From NCBI GenBank assembly GCA_012799415.1, contig JAAZLH010000356.1:9132-73131 (forward strand): 64,000 nt of DNA, read 5' to 3'. Made by a program: the position numbers and the translations under genes. A model generated the notes under the pieces. That model was not told the origin of the DNA. It worked only from the letters and a program-made list of their open reading frames with translations, and did not search any database. The stretch's first letter is position 1, and each line of letters opens with the position of its first letter. The stretch comes from Candidatus Epulonipiscium sp. (lineage in GTDB: Bacteria > Bacillota > Clostridia > Lachnospirales > JAAYNZ01). This document shows positions 10,684 to 19,627 of this stretch, one piece after another.

Positions 10684-10769
10684 GACGTTCACCTCTTTCA
10701 CGATCTTCAACTATTTCTCATATTTGTATATATGAAAGAATATAATTGTTTCTCAAATACAACAGTGGT

Positions 10770-10798
10770 ATTATAACATATTTGTACTTCCGTTGCAA
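10770..10798 (-). promoter_or_regulatory. Sigma-A type promoter for rpmE
   Basis: The minus strand reads TTGCAA-17 nt-TATAAT. Confidence 0.65.
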
Positions 10799-10812
10799 GA
10801 AACATTTTTGCC

Positions 10813-12228
10813 TTATTTTATTTTTTTATCTATTTCTTGAATAAATTCGCTGTTATTTTTTGTTCGATTCATAGTGTCTATAACTTGCTCTGTTACATCT
10901 GCTGTATTATAAGGACTCAGCACACGCCGTATCTCATAAACGGCTTCTAATTCTTCTTTGGTAAGTAGTAAATCTTCTCTTCTTGTACCTGACTTATGAA
11001 TATCAATAGCAGGAAAGATCCGCTTTTCCGATAACTTTCGATCAAGAACCAATTCCATATTTCCAGTGCCTTTGAATTCTTCAAAAACAACATCATCCAT
11101 TTTACTTCCTGTATCTACTAAAGCAGTAGCTAAAATAGTTAAACTTCCACCTTCTTCAATATTTCTAGCTGCACCAAAAAATTTCTTTGGCATATGAAGA
11201 GCGGCAGGATCAAGTCCACCTGATAAAGTTCTACCACTAGGAGGGATTGTTAGATTATAAGCACGAGCTAACCGCGTAATACTATCTAATAAAATAATTA
11301 GATCTTTTTTTTGCTCAACTAAACGCTTTGCCCTTTCTAATACCATCTCTGCAACCCTTTTATGATGTTCTGGCTGCTCATCAAAAGTAGAATAAATAAC
11401 CTCTACATTTTCCCCCTTAATAGAACGTTTAATATCCGTTACTTCTTCGGGACGCTCATCAATAAGAAGAACGATTAAATGAGATTCTGGATGATTTTCA
11501 GTAATAGCATTAGCAATTTGTTTTAATAAGGTAGTTTTTCCTGCTTTTGGAGGGGATACAATCATTCCACGCTGCCCCTTTCCGATAGGAGCCATTAAAT
11601 CGATAAGTCGAGTAGATAATTCCGTTGGATTTCCTTCAACATGTAATCTTTCTCTAGGGTAGATAGGAGTCAAATCTTCAAAATTAGGCCGTCTAGAAGC
11701 CACCCAAGGAGCGTCTCCATTTACATTTTGAACATATAATAAGGCACTAAATTTCTCTCCCTCTTTTGGAATTCGAATATTCCCTTTGATTAAATCACCC
11801 GTTTTTAGATTAAATCGTCTAATTTGGGCAGGTGATACATAGATATCCCGAGTGCCAGGCAAATAATTATCTGAACGCAAAAAACCATAGCCTTCTGGCA
11901 AAACTTCCAATACGCCTTGCTCTATATTTCCACTGTTCAGTTGTTCTATATTGGTTGGTACACGTTCTTCTTCATTTTCCTCTAGTTTCTCTGAAGAAAT
12001 TTCTACTGCTGTTTCTTTGACTGGTTTTTCGGCTTTTTCTTCAGACTCTATTTTAATCATTTTTCCAGCTTTTTGCTCCTGTCTTTGGCTATTATGATTA
12101 TTTTCATCTACCTCAATAATTTTTTGAATAAGCTCATGTTTTCTATACAATGTAATACTTTTAATATTCAACTCTTTTGCAATACCTCTTAATTCTACTA
12201 AGGTTTTTTTCTGTAAGTCTATTTCCAT
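10813..12228 (-). CDS. rho: Transcription termination factor Rho (with acidic/lysine-rich N-terminal insertion)
   Basis: Rho_N helix ([13 protein letters not shown]), CSD ([14 protein letters not shown]), Walker A PPKAGKT and the C-terminal ATPase. The start is set at ATG 12228, preceded by AAGGTGG. The track start at 12237 is a GTG inside that RBS. Confidence 0.97.
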   Translation of the reverse strand: MEIDLQKKTLVELRGIAKELNIKSITLYRKHELIQKIIEVDENNHNSQRQEQKAGKMIKIESEEKAEKPVKETAVEISSEKLEENEEERVPTNIEQLNSGNIEQGVLEVLPEGYGFLRSDNYLPGTRDIYVSPAQIRRFNLKTGDLIKGNIRIPKEGEKFSALLYVQNVNGDAPWVASRRPNFEDLTPIYPRERLHVEGNPTELSTRLIDLMAPIGKGQRGMIVSPPKAGKTTLLKQIANAITENHPESHLIVLLIDERPEEVTDIKRSIKGENVEVIYSTFDEQPEHHKRVAEMVLERAKRLVEQKKDLIILLDSITRLARAYNLTIPPSGRTLSGGLDPAALHMPKKFFGAARNIEEGGSLTILATALVDTGSKMDDVVFEEFKGTGNMELVLDRKLSEKRIFPAIDIHKSGTRREDLLLTKEELEAVYEIRRVLSPYNTADVTEQVIDTMNRTKNNSEFIQEIDKKIK

Positions 12229-12252
12229 ATGTACCACCTTTATTTTAATTTT

Positions 12253-12420
12253 ATCCGACGACTTACTATTCCAGCACTCCCAATTTTACTCCTACGGAGT
12301 AAGCTAAGGTTGAGAATCGACAAGCCTACGGATAGCCATACCACAAGGGTATTAGTGCCAAAGGCACGTCACAGCGAGAGTTAAAGCTCCCTTCCCTACG
12401 AACTGAGTCTTGATTTATCC
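12253..12420 (+). repeat. Family-1 structured element, copy A (degenerate; inverted relative to rho and the LysM gene)
   Basis: Shares ATCCGACGACTTAC.ATTCCA.CA.TCC...TTTTA at its left end with copy C. Also shares CCACAAGGGTATTAGTGCCAAAGGCACG...GAGAGTTAAAGCTCCC...GAACTGAGTCTTGATTTAT with copies B, C and D. Confidence 0.8.
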
Positions 12421-12433
12421 TAAGAAACAATGG

Positions 12434-13201
12434 TCAACGTGGCGGAATTGTTAAAATCATACCTTCATGAATGATAGGATTTTCACCTTTTAACTGGTTA
12501 GCCCCAATAATTTTATTAATATATTCCCCACTTCCATACATTTTTACGCTGATCCTCCACAAAGTATCACCTTTTTCTACGACATAGGTGCGTGTTTGAT
12601 CTGTTGTATTAGTTGGGACTTGTTCTGGATTGGAAGTAGAAGATTCAGAAGTGTTTGATTTGGAGTTAGGAGGAACTTGTGATTCTTCAGAAGAGTTGCC
12701 TTGAAGTTCTTCTATTTGTTCTTTTAGTTCTATATTTTCTTGCTGTATTTGATCTAGTTCATGAGTTAACTTAGCGATTTCCTTTTCAAGTCCTTGTATT
12801 TTCATTTGGACTTCTTCGGATAGAATTTGCTCTTGGGAATCCGGTGATGGAAGAGAAGAAGGTGCTTTCGTTTTTTTAATAGACTTGGCTAATAAAACAC
12901 ATAATACAAGTATGATTAAAACCACAAATAAAGTCAAGATATGCAAAAGATATTTATTAAAAAAACTTTGTTTTTTCTTTTTACTACGTCGTTGTGAAGA
13001 GGAATAAAAAAAGGCTAATTCTTCATTTGATACTTGATCCTGTTCCCGTTGAAAATCTAACAAATCATCTATATCTGATTGAAAGAATGTCTCAAGCTCG
13101 GGAGACTGGGAGCTTTCTGATTCCAGTATGGTATCTATCTCTGATGAAACTGTATCTTCTTCCTCTAGGGGGCTTTTTTCTTTGGAATGAGCCTCCATCA
13201 A
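12434..13201 (-). CDS. LysM domain membrane protein with coiled-coil linker
   Basis: 255 aa. Acidic N-terminus, one TM (LLHILTLFVVLIILVLCVLLA), a coiled coil, then a C-terminal LysM (YVVEKGDTLWRISVKMYGSGEYINKIIGAN). Confidence 0.8.
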   Translation of the reverse strand: MMEAHSKEKSPLEEEDTVSSEIDTILESESSQSPELETFFQSDIDDLLDFQREQDQVSNEELAFFYSSSQRRSKKKKQSFFNKYLLHILTLFVVLIILVLCVLLAKSIKKTKAPSSLPSPDSQEQILSEEVQMKIQGLEKEIAKLTHELDQIQQENIELKEQIEELQGNSSEESQVPPNSKSNTSESSTSNPEQVPTNTTDQTRTYVVEKGDTLWRISVKMYGSGEYINKIIGANQLKGENPIIHEGMILTIPPR

Positions 13202-13218
13202 ATCATCCTCCTTTTTAA

Positions 13219-13252
13219 CTTAAAACCCTCATAGACTCATGAGGGTTTTAAG
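13219..13252 (-). terminator. Terminator downstream of fba
   Basis: CCCTCAT/ATGAGGG stem followed by UUUUAAGUU on the minus strand. Confidence 0.65.
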
Positions 13253-13265
13253 AATTAAATCATTT

Positions 13266-14117
13266 TTATGCTCTTCCACTACTTCCAAAAGCTCTCATTT
13301 TTCCTTTAACAATGGCTTTCATTGCTTCGGTAGTTGGGGCTAACATCTTTCTAGGATCATAAAGATCTGGGGTCTCTTTCACTACTTTATGTGTTGCTTC
13401 TTGGAAAGCCTGACGTAATTCAGTATCAATATTAATCTTATTCACACCCAAAGAAACTGCTTTTTGAATATCTTCGATAGATATACCTGAAGCACCATGA
13501 AGTACCACAGGAATTTGAATACGCTTCTTAATTTCATCAATTCTTTCAAAATCTAACTTAGGAACTCCTTTGTATACACCGTGAGCAGTACCTATTGCAA
13601 TAGCTAAATAATCAACACCTGTTTTTTTAACGAATTCTTCTGCCTCTGCCGGGTCTGTCATTGTTGCATCTTTTTCATCAACTACAATATGGTCTTCTAC
13701 TCCACCAATTTTGCCTAATTCTGCTTCTACTGAAACCCCCATTGGATGAGCAATATCAACAATTTGCTTGGTAATAGCAATATTTTCATCAAATGCATAT
13801 TTTGAACCATCAAACATAACTGACGTCCATCCATGGCGTAGGCATTGCATAACAACATCCCAATCTGTACCATGATCTAAATGTAAAGCTACGGGTATAG
13901 AAGCCTTTTCTGCTAACAAACGTACAATCATTGAAATTTCTTCTAATCCTGCATAACTAATAGCACTTTGACTGGTTTGAATAATAATTGGAGATCTTTC
14001 TTCTTCTGCAGCTTGGATCATGGCTTTGGTGCTTTCTAAATTGTTCGTATTAAAAGCCCCTACAGCATACCCTTCTTTATGTGCTTTTTGCAAAATTTCT
14101 CTTCCAGATACTAACAT
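13266..14117 (-). CDS. fba: Class II fructose-1,6-bisphosphate aldolase
   Basis: 283 aa. AFN.NN, LHLDHG and HGASG signatures of class II ketose-bisphosphate aldolases. Confidence 0.9.
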   Translation of the reverse strand: MLVSGREILQKAHKEGYAVGAFNTNNLESTKAMIQAAEEERSPIIIQTSQSAISYAGLEEISMIVRLLAEKASIPVALHLDHGTDWDVVMQCLRHGWTSVMFDGSKYAFDENIAITKQIVDIAHPMGVSVEAELGKIGGVEDHIVVDEKDATMTDPAEAEEFVKKTGVDYLAIAIGTAHGVYKGVPKLDFERIDEIKKRIQIPVVLHGASGISIEDIQKAVSLGVNKINIDTELRQAFQEATHKVVKETPDLYDPRKMLAPTTEAMKAIVKGKMRAFGSSGRA

Positions 14118-14281
14118 CCGATAGTCCCCCTCTATTTTTACCTAATTTTATTTTATTCAATTACAGCTCTTTAGGATTTCTTGCCTCTATCTTTGAGATA
14201 TACTGCTTTTGAATAAGAAATGCTTACTTTTGACTATATTTTAACACAACTCTACCCTAAGATGCAATGCTAAGATAAAAC

Positions 14282-15151
14282 TTAATTAGGATTTACATGG
14301 ACCATACAATGCTTTACTGTTTTTTCACTTTGTTCAATATGATCATGCACCTCTTGAGCTATGGCATGACCTTCAGTTACAGATAAACTTCCTTCTACTT
14401 GGATATCAACATCTACATATAGTTTATTTGCATGAACGCGAGTTTTTAATACATCTATCCCTAGTACGCCCTCAATACTTACTATTTCTGTTCTTAATTT
14501 TTCCACCACTTCTGGAGCCGCTGCATGATCTATCAATTGATGAATCGATTGTTTATATATATCAATACTTACTTTTGCAATAAGAACACAAATAATAAGA
14601 GCAACTGCTGGGTCTAAAATAGGAATGCCTAGACGCGCTCCAATTACCCCTATCAAGCTACCGACAGAAGAAAATGCGTCTGATCGATGATGCCATGCAT
14701 CAGCCATCAGTGCGGAACTTTCTATTTGTTTAGCTCCTTTTTTGGTATACTGATACATCCATTCTTTAACAATAATAGATAGTGCTGCTCCAAAGATGGC
14801 TAACTTTCCTGGTACACCGTATTCCCCTTTCATCATTGTCCGAATACCAGAATAACCAATACCAAGGGCTGTTACAAATAAAATAATAGCTAATATTTTA
14901 GCCACAATAGGTTCTATTTTTTCATGTCCATAGGGATGTTCTTTGTCCTCTGGTGCACCTGCAAAATGGAGTCCTAACATAACTACAATGGTGCTAATCA
15001 CATCGGATAAAGAGTGTATACCGTCTGCAATCATTCCTTGACTCTTTGCAACAATACCAATAACTACTTTGATTCCTGTCAAAACTACATTGACTATCAA
15101 GGTGTTTAGTCCAATTTTGTATCCTATTTGTGATCTGGATATCTCCTTCAT
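14282..15151 (-). CDS. Cation diffusion facilitator (CDF) family metal efflux transporter
   Basis: HSLSDVIS and WHHRSDAFSS (HxxxD pairs in TM2 and TM5) plus a C-terminal cytoplasmic domain. The first 78 codons of the track ORF cross the promoter/repeat region, so the start is set at MKEISRSQ (15151). Confidence 0.88.
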   Translation of the reverse strand: MKEISRSQIGYKIGLNTLIVNVVLTGIKVVIGIVAKSQGMIADGIHSLSDVISTIVVMLGLHFAGAPEDKEHPYGHEKIEPIVAKILAIILFVTALGIGYSGIRTMMKGEYGVPGKLAIFGAALSIIVKEWMYQYTKKGAKQIESSALMADAWHHRSDAFSSVGSLIGVIGARLGIPILDPAVALIICVLIAKVSIDIYKQSIHQLIDHAAAPEVVEKLRTEIVSIEGVLGIDVLKTRVHANKLYVDVDIQVEGSLSVTEGHAIAQEVHDHIEQSEKTVKHCMVHVNPN

Positions 15152-15242
15152 TCTCACTTCACCACTTCCAATTGATAATATTGTTTTAATATAGTATATG
15201 CTATTACACTGTGTTTGTAAACCTATTTTCGCATGATTTGTG

Positions 15243-15256
15243 TTATCAATTGATAA
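15243..15256. promoter_or_regulatory. Perfect 14-bp palindrome TTATCAATTGATAA upstream of the CDF gene, with a second partial copy at 15169-15180
   Basis: Perfect dyad at 15243-15256. CAATTGATAATA recurs at 15169-15180, between a TTACAA-16-TATACT promoter-like sequence and the RBS. Both copies contain the TGATAAT heptad known from Fur-family boxes. Confidence 0.45.
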
Positions 15257-15288
15257 TGAGTTGTCAAAATTAACCCCTTTTCTACGTA

Positions 15289-15335
15289 TCCTCGCATTCA
15301 GCGGAGTTAAAACTTCCTCTGAATTGGGTTTTATA
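15289..15335 (+). repeat. Family-1 element, partial copy E (3' hairpin only)
   Basis: CCTCGCATTCAGCGGAGTTAAAACTTCCTCTGAATTGGGTTTTATAG compares with CCTTCGCGTTCAGAGGGAGTTAAAACTCCCCCTGAACTGAGTCTTAGTTTATAA in copy C. It is nested inside a larger AACCCCTTTT/AAAAGGGGTT stem. Confidence 0.6.
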
Positions 15336-15365
15336 GAAAAGGGGTTATCATTATTACATCTTATT

Positions 15366-15716
15366 TTAAGCAAGTTCTTCCTCATCTGAAGGGGTTTCTA
15401 CCTTTTTTGTAGATTCAATAAAATTTGTCCTGTCATCCCAAGAAGAAAAATAATATATTTCATCACCACGTACCAATTGATATGCTTGTGTTTTAGGTAT
15501 CTGCTTTCCACTTATATGATCTGTAACATCTTCTATATCAATGGGCCGATAAGCAAGCTTAGGTTCCATTTCTTCTGCTTGGTTGATAACCTCCGTTTGA
15601 GACATTTGTTCTCTTTGAGCTTTTTGGTATTGTTTCATCATTTGAATGGTAATAACAATACGCGTAAGAACAACTCCTGTTATAAAAACCCCCAAAAAAT
15701 TCATGAAAGTCTCCAT
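15366..15716 (-). CDS. Membrane-anchored protein with a Cys-less YHS/TRASH-like domain
   Basis: One N-terminal TM. The C-terminal segment DHISGKQIPKTQAYQLVRGDEIYYFSSWDDRTNF aligns by eye to the YHS pattern DPVCGM..(A)..Y.G..YYFCS..C...F, with Ser/Asp in place of all three Cys. The start is chosen at METF (15716), 7 nt after AAGGAGG. Confidence 0.45.
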   Translation of the reverse strand: METFMNFLGVFITGVVLTRIVITIQMMKQYQKAQREQMSQTEVINQAEEMEPKLAYRPIDIEDVTDHISGKQIPKTQAYQLVRGDEIYYFSSWDDRTNFIESTKKVETPSDEEELA

Positions 15717-15814
15717 CTTCATTCCTCCTTTGTTCATAGATATCCATATATATCTATAGCTTTATTCTATTATAACAGAAAATTGTGAGTAAAGTATGAA
15801 CAAAATGTTTTATT

Positions 15815-17152
15815 TTAAATTCCTAACAATATTGATGCTACACCAAAGTAAATTAGCAATGCAAAAGTATCTACAATAGTAGTAATCAGAGGGCTTGCCA
15901 TAATAGCAGGATCTAGTTTTAACTTATCAGCTAAAATAGGCAAAACTCCTCCAGCAATTTTTGCTAGTAATACAGTGAAAAATAATGTAATGGTTACTGT
16001 TAAGGAAATTTGTAGGGAATATCCTTGTATAAAACGTATTCGCAAAAAATTAATAGCAGCTAATGCTAAACCTACAATTATACTAACACCTAATTCCTTA
16101 GTTATGACTCGGAAGAGATCTTTAAAAGTAACTTCACCTAAGGTGAGACTCCGAATAACAAGGGTAGATGCTTGAGAACCTGCATTTCCTCCTGTATCCA
16201 TTAGCATAGGGATAAAGAAAGTTAATGCTACCACTGCTTCTAGAGCTAGTTCATATCGACTTAAAATCATTCCTGTAAGAGTAGCTGAAATCATGAGCAC
16301 TAGGAGCCAACCTATTCTTTTTTTTGCTAAAACAAAAACACTCGTATTCAAATAGGTATCATCAAATGGTTCAATGGCTGCCATTCGATGAAAGTCTTCT
16401 GTTGCTTCTTGTTCTATAACGTCAACAATATCATCAATAGTAATAATTCCAACTAAACGTTTTTCTTGATCTACCACAGGTACAGATAATAAATCATACT
16501 TTTTAAATATATCTGCTACTCCTTCTTGGTCATCATGAGTCCCCACAAAAATAACATCTCTTTGCATCAAATCTTCTATTTTTTGTTCTGGTTTGGCAAG
16601 TACTAAGTCTTTTAATTCGATAATACCTTCTAAAACCCTTGTGCTAGTAATAACATAACATGTATAAATGGTTTCCTTGTTAAAACCTAGTAACCGAATA
16701 CGTTCTAGTGCTTCCCTAACGTTCATTTCCTTTTTCAAATCTACAAATTCAATGGTCATTAGGCTACCTGACGATCGATCAGGATAGTTTAAAAACTGGT
16801 TAATTAACTTTCTTTCTACCTCTGTTGCATTTGCCAGAATTTTTTTAACAATATTAGCTGGCATCTCTTCTAATAAATCAATTTTATCGTCAAAGTCCAA
16901 CTCATCCACTAGTTTGATTAACTCTTGGTCATTGACTGATACACAAATATGCTGCTGTTGATCTATGGATAAATAAGAAAATACTTCTGCCGCTTTTTCT
17001 TTTGACAGCAAACGGAAAATTAATAAAATCATCTTACTCTCTAGTATATCAAAAAATTCTGCAATATCCGCTACTTGCATAGTATGTAGCTCTTTTTGCA
17101 ACTCTGAAAATTTCTTTTCTTTTACTAGTGCTTCTAATAAAGTGAAATCCAT
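15815..17152 (-). CDS. mgtE: Magnesium transporter MgtE
   Basis: MgtE_N domain, tandem CBS domains and a C-terminal 5-TM domain with DTGGNAGSQ. The start is set at MDFTLLEAL (17152), 9 nt after AAGGAG. Confidence 0.93.
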   Translation of the reverse strand: MDFTLLEALVKEKKFSELQKELHTMQVADIAEFFDILESKMILLIFRLLSKEKAAEVFSYLSIDQQQHICVSVNDQELIKLVDELDFDDKIDLLEEMPANIVKKILANATEVERKLINQFLNYPDRSSGSLMTIEFVDLKKEMNVREALERIRLLGFNKETIYTCYVITSTRVLEGIIELKDLVLAKPEQKIEDLMQRDVIFVGTHDDQEGVADIFKKYDLLSVPVVDQEKRLVGIITIDDIVDVIEQEATEDFHRMAAIEPFDDTYLNTSVFVLAKKRIGWLLVLMISATLTGMILSRYELALEAVVALTFFIPMLMDTGGNAGSQASTLVIRSLTLGEVTFKDLFRVITKELGVSIIVGLALAAINFLRIRFIQGYSLQISLTVTITLFFTVLLAKIAGGVLPILADKLKLDPAIMASPLITTIVDTFALLIYFGVASILLGI

Positions 17153-17433
17153 GTTTGTAATCTCCTTTTCTAATGTCATCCCCGAAAGGTCATACTGAAT
17201 ATTTGTTATCCCCGAACTCTATCCAATATGATCTTTACAGGTCATGATAAGAAAAGTGAAAACGTACTTTTTTCAGTAATTAAAAAGAACCGTTTTACCT
17301 ATACTTGTAAAATCATCACGATAGAGATGGAGAATGTAAACCTCACCCCTTTTAAGTCAATTTTGTTACTACTGTGATAGCCGCTTTCAGGCCCAGGGTC
17401 CATTTCTTCATCTCCTTTTTTATTTTCATTACT
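17153..17433 (-). promoter_or_regulatory. Long mgtE 5' leader; possible divergent M-box, not confirmed
   Basis: mgtE genes of Firmicutes usually carry an M-box. This leader contains AGGGGTGAGGTT (compare the M-box GGUGAGGCU) and CCTGTAAAGATC (compare ACAGUGCUAAAGCUC). I could not recover the rest of the consensus or a terminator by eye. Confidence 0.3.
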
Positions 17434-17462
17434 ATTGTACTATCTGAATGACTTTATTGCAA
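17434..17462 (-). promoter_or_regulatory. Sigma-A type promoter of the mgtE leader
   Basis: The minus strand reads TTGCAA-17 nt-TACAAT and overlaps the stop codon of the cyclase gene. It implies a 5' leader of about 275 nt before mgtE. Confidence 0.65.
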
Positions 17463-18095
17463 CTTTCTTTCTTCCATTAAAAGAGCTCTCACCGGAGAGG
17501 CTTCCACCCCTCTAATTTTTAATGGTACTGCATATAGAAAATAATCTCCCTCTTGAATATCCTTTAGGCGTAGCCCTTCTAAAATAACAACTCCCTGAGA
17601 AAGTAGTTGTCTGTGGGTTTCATATTCTGGCTGTGCTCGTTCAATACCCAATGCATCAATACCTACCCCTTTGATCCTCTTTTCTACTAAATAAGATGCG
17701 CCTGTTTTCTCTAAATAGATAAATTCAAAATCAAATTCTTCTACATCCGAGTTTTTAGTTTTTAGCAATATGAAATCATCTTCCTTGATCTCATATTTCT
17801 CTAAGTCCTTCTTTGTAATTCCTCCTGACACATGAGTGAGATCTAAAACTTTACAGGGGGTAATCATTTTAGTAATATCGAAAGTGTCTAATGTAGAACC
17901 TCCTTGGATCATATGCAAGGGCATATCAATATGGGTACCTGTGTGTAAGTTTAAAGTAACATCTGTCTCATAACTGGTTCCTGTATCAAAGTTACTTACC
18001 ATTTTAATCTGCGGTTTCTTATGTTCATAATTTTTATAAACCGTCATTTCTTCATGAATTTCCATTGAAATATCATAAATTTTCATTTTTTTCAC
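17454..18095 (-). CDS. Cyclase-family protein (kynurenine formamidase-like)
   Basis: 213 aa with the HTGTHIDMPLH metal-binding motif of the putative cyclase family. Confidence 0.82.
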   Translation of the reverse strand: MKKMKIYDISMEIHEEMTVYKNYEHKKPQIKMVSNFDTGTSYETDVTLNLHTGTHIDMPLHMIQGGSTLDTFDITKMITPCKVLDLTHVSGGITKKDLEKYEIKEDDFILLKTKNSDVEEFDFEFIYLEKTGASYLVEKRIKGVGIDALGIERAQPEYETHRQLLSQGVVILEGLRLKDIQEGDYFLYAVPLKIRGVEASPVRALLMEERKLQ

Positions 18096-18098
18096 CTC

Positions 18099-19571
18099 TC
18101 ATATATTCCACCATTCTCTACCATCTTTTTGTAAAAGTTCTTGTGCTTTCTTAGGCCCCCAAGTTCCTGCCTCATAATTCGGGAAATCTATGTTCATCTC
18201 TTTGCGCACCTTTGCAATCGTATCAATAAATCTCCATGAATACTCCACTTCATCCCATCTGGTAAATAAAGTAGAATCTCCACGCATCACATCGTATAAT
18301 AAACGTTCGTAAGCTTCTGGTGAATTACTACCAATATGGCAATTTTGACAAAAATCCATTTGTACTGGCACAACTTGTGTCTCTGTTCCTGGTTGTTTTG
18401 CATTAAACTGCATAAAAACCCCTTCCATAGGTTGGACCCGTATGACTAACAAATTAGGCTGCAAATCTTCATATTCTTGCCAATATAAAATTTTAGGCAT
18501 TGACTTAAATTGAACAATGATTTCCGTAGATTTTGTGGGCATTCGTTTGCCTGTTCGAATATAAAAAGGAACTCCACTCCATCTAAAATTCTCTATTTGC
18601 ACTTTCAGAGCCATAAAAGTTTCCGTATTTGATTCTGGTGAGATACGATTTTCTTCTCGATATCCTTTGATCTCACCGGCAGCTCCATATTGGCCCCAAA
18701 TGACATTGGCTTTAACTTCCTCTGTAGACATCTGCTGTAAACCTTTTAGCACCTTTACTTTCTCATCCCGAATTGATTGCGTATCCAACCGTACAGGAGG
18801 TTCCATAGCCGTTAAGGCTAGTAGTTGTAGCATGTGGTTTTGGAGCATATCTTTTAAAACTCCAGCCTTTTCATAATAACCACCTCGTTCTTCTACGCCA
18901 ACAACTTCGCTAGAAGAAATTTGGATATGGTCAATATATTTATTGTTCCAAATGGGCTCAAAAAATGCATTGGCAAAACGAATAACCATGATATTTTGCA
19001 GCATTTCTTTTCCTAAATAATGATCGATACGATAAGTATTTTCTTCAGAGAAAGCATGGGTAATTTTATGATTCAAATACTGTGCTGACTCCAAATCTTG
19101 TCCAAAAGGCTTTTCAATGACAACCCTTCTCCAACTGCCTTCTTTTTCTGTCATCTGATTTTTATGTAAATCACCTACAATGACTTCAAAATATTCAGGT
19201 GCCACAGCTAAGTAATACATTCGATTTCCTTGGGTTTTATATTTATTTTCTAATTCTCTTAAATATATCTCTAAATCTGGATAACCTTCCCCATCCATAA
19301 AATTTAAAGAATAATAATAGATTCTTTTTTCAAGATCTGCCCACTTTTCTTCTTGTATTTTAAAACGCGAAAATTTCTGAGCTGCTTCTTTTAAATCTTT
19401 CCGATATTCTTCATTTGTTTTATCCCTTCGACCAATGGCAACAACGGCAAAAGAAGGAGGAAGCTTATTTTCATTCAACAAATTATATAAAGCTGGGATC
19501 AACTTCCTATGAGTCAAATCACCAGTTCCTCCAAAAATCACCATAATACTTGATAGTTGATCTTTATTCAT
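18099..19571 (-). CDS. zwf: Glucose-6-phosphate 1-dehydrogenase
   Basis: 490 aa. N-terminal GGTGDLT NADP site and the active-site peptide RIDHYLGKE. Confidence 0.96.
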   Translation of the reverse strand: MNKDQLSSIMVIFGGTGDLTHRKLIPALYNLLNENKLPPSFAVVAIGRRDKTNEEYRKDLKEAAQKFSRFKIQEEKWADLEKRIYYYSLNFMDGEGYPDLEIYLRELENKYKTQGNRMYYLAVAPEYFEVIVGDLHKNQMTEKEGSWRRVVIEKPFGQDLESAQYLNHKITHAFSEENTYRIDHYLGKEMLQNIMVIRFANAFFEPIWNNKYIDHIQISSSEVVGVEERGGYYEKAGVLKDMLQNHMLQLLALTAMEPPVRLDTQSIRDEKVKVLKGLQQMSTEEVKANVIWGQYGAAGEIKGYREENRISPESNTETFMALKVQIENFRWSGVPFYIRTGKRMPTKSTEIIVQFKSMPKILYWQEYEDLQPNLLVIRVQPMEGVFMQFNAKQPGTETQVVPVQMDFCQNCHIGSNSPEAYERLLYDVMRGDSTLFTRWDEVEYSWRFIDTIAKVRKEMNIDFPNYEAGTWGPKKAQELLQKDGREWWNI

Positions 19572-19627
19572 ACAAACACCTCTTTCAAGCTATAGATATA
19601 CGAGTTCATCAACTCAAATACTCTGTA

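Noticed and set aside
17153-17433. Calling the mgtE leader a bona fide M-box riboswitch
   Set aside because: Only two short segments resemble the consensus. I could not identify the GCUGCC, AAGACG or GGGUCAACAG elements or a terminator. It is kept as a low-confidence possibility pending a covariance-model search.
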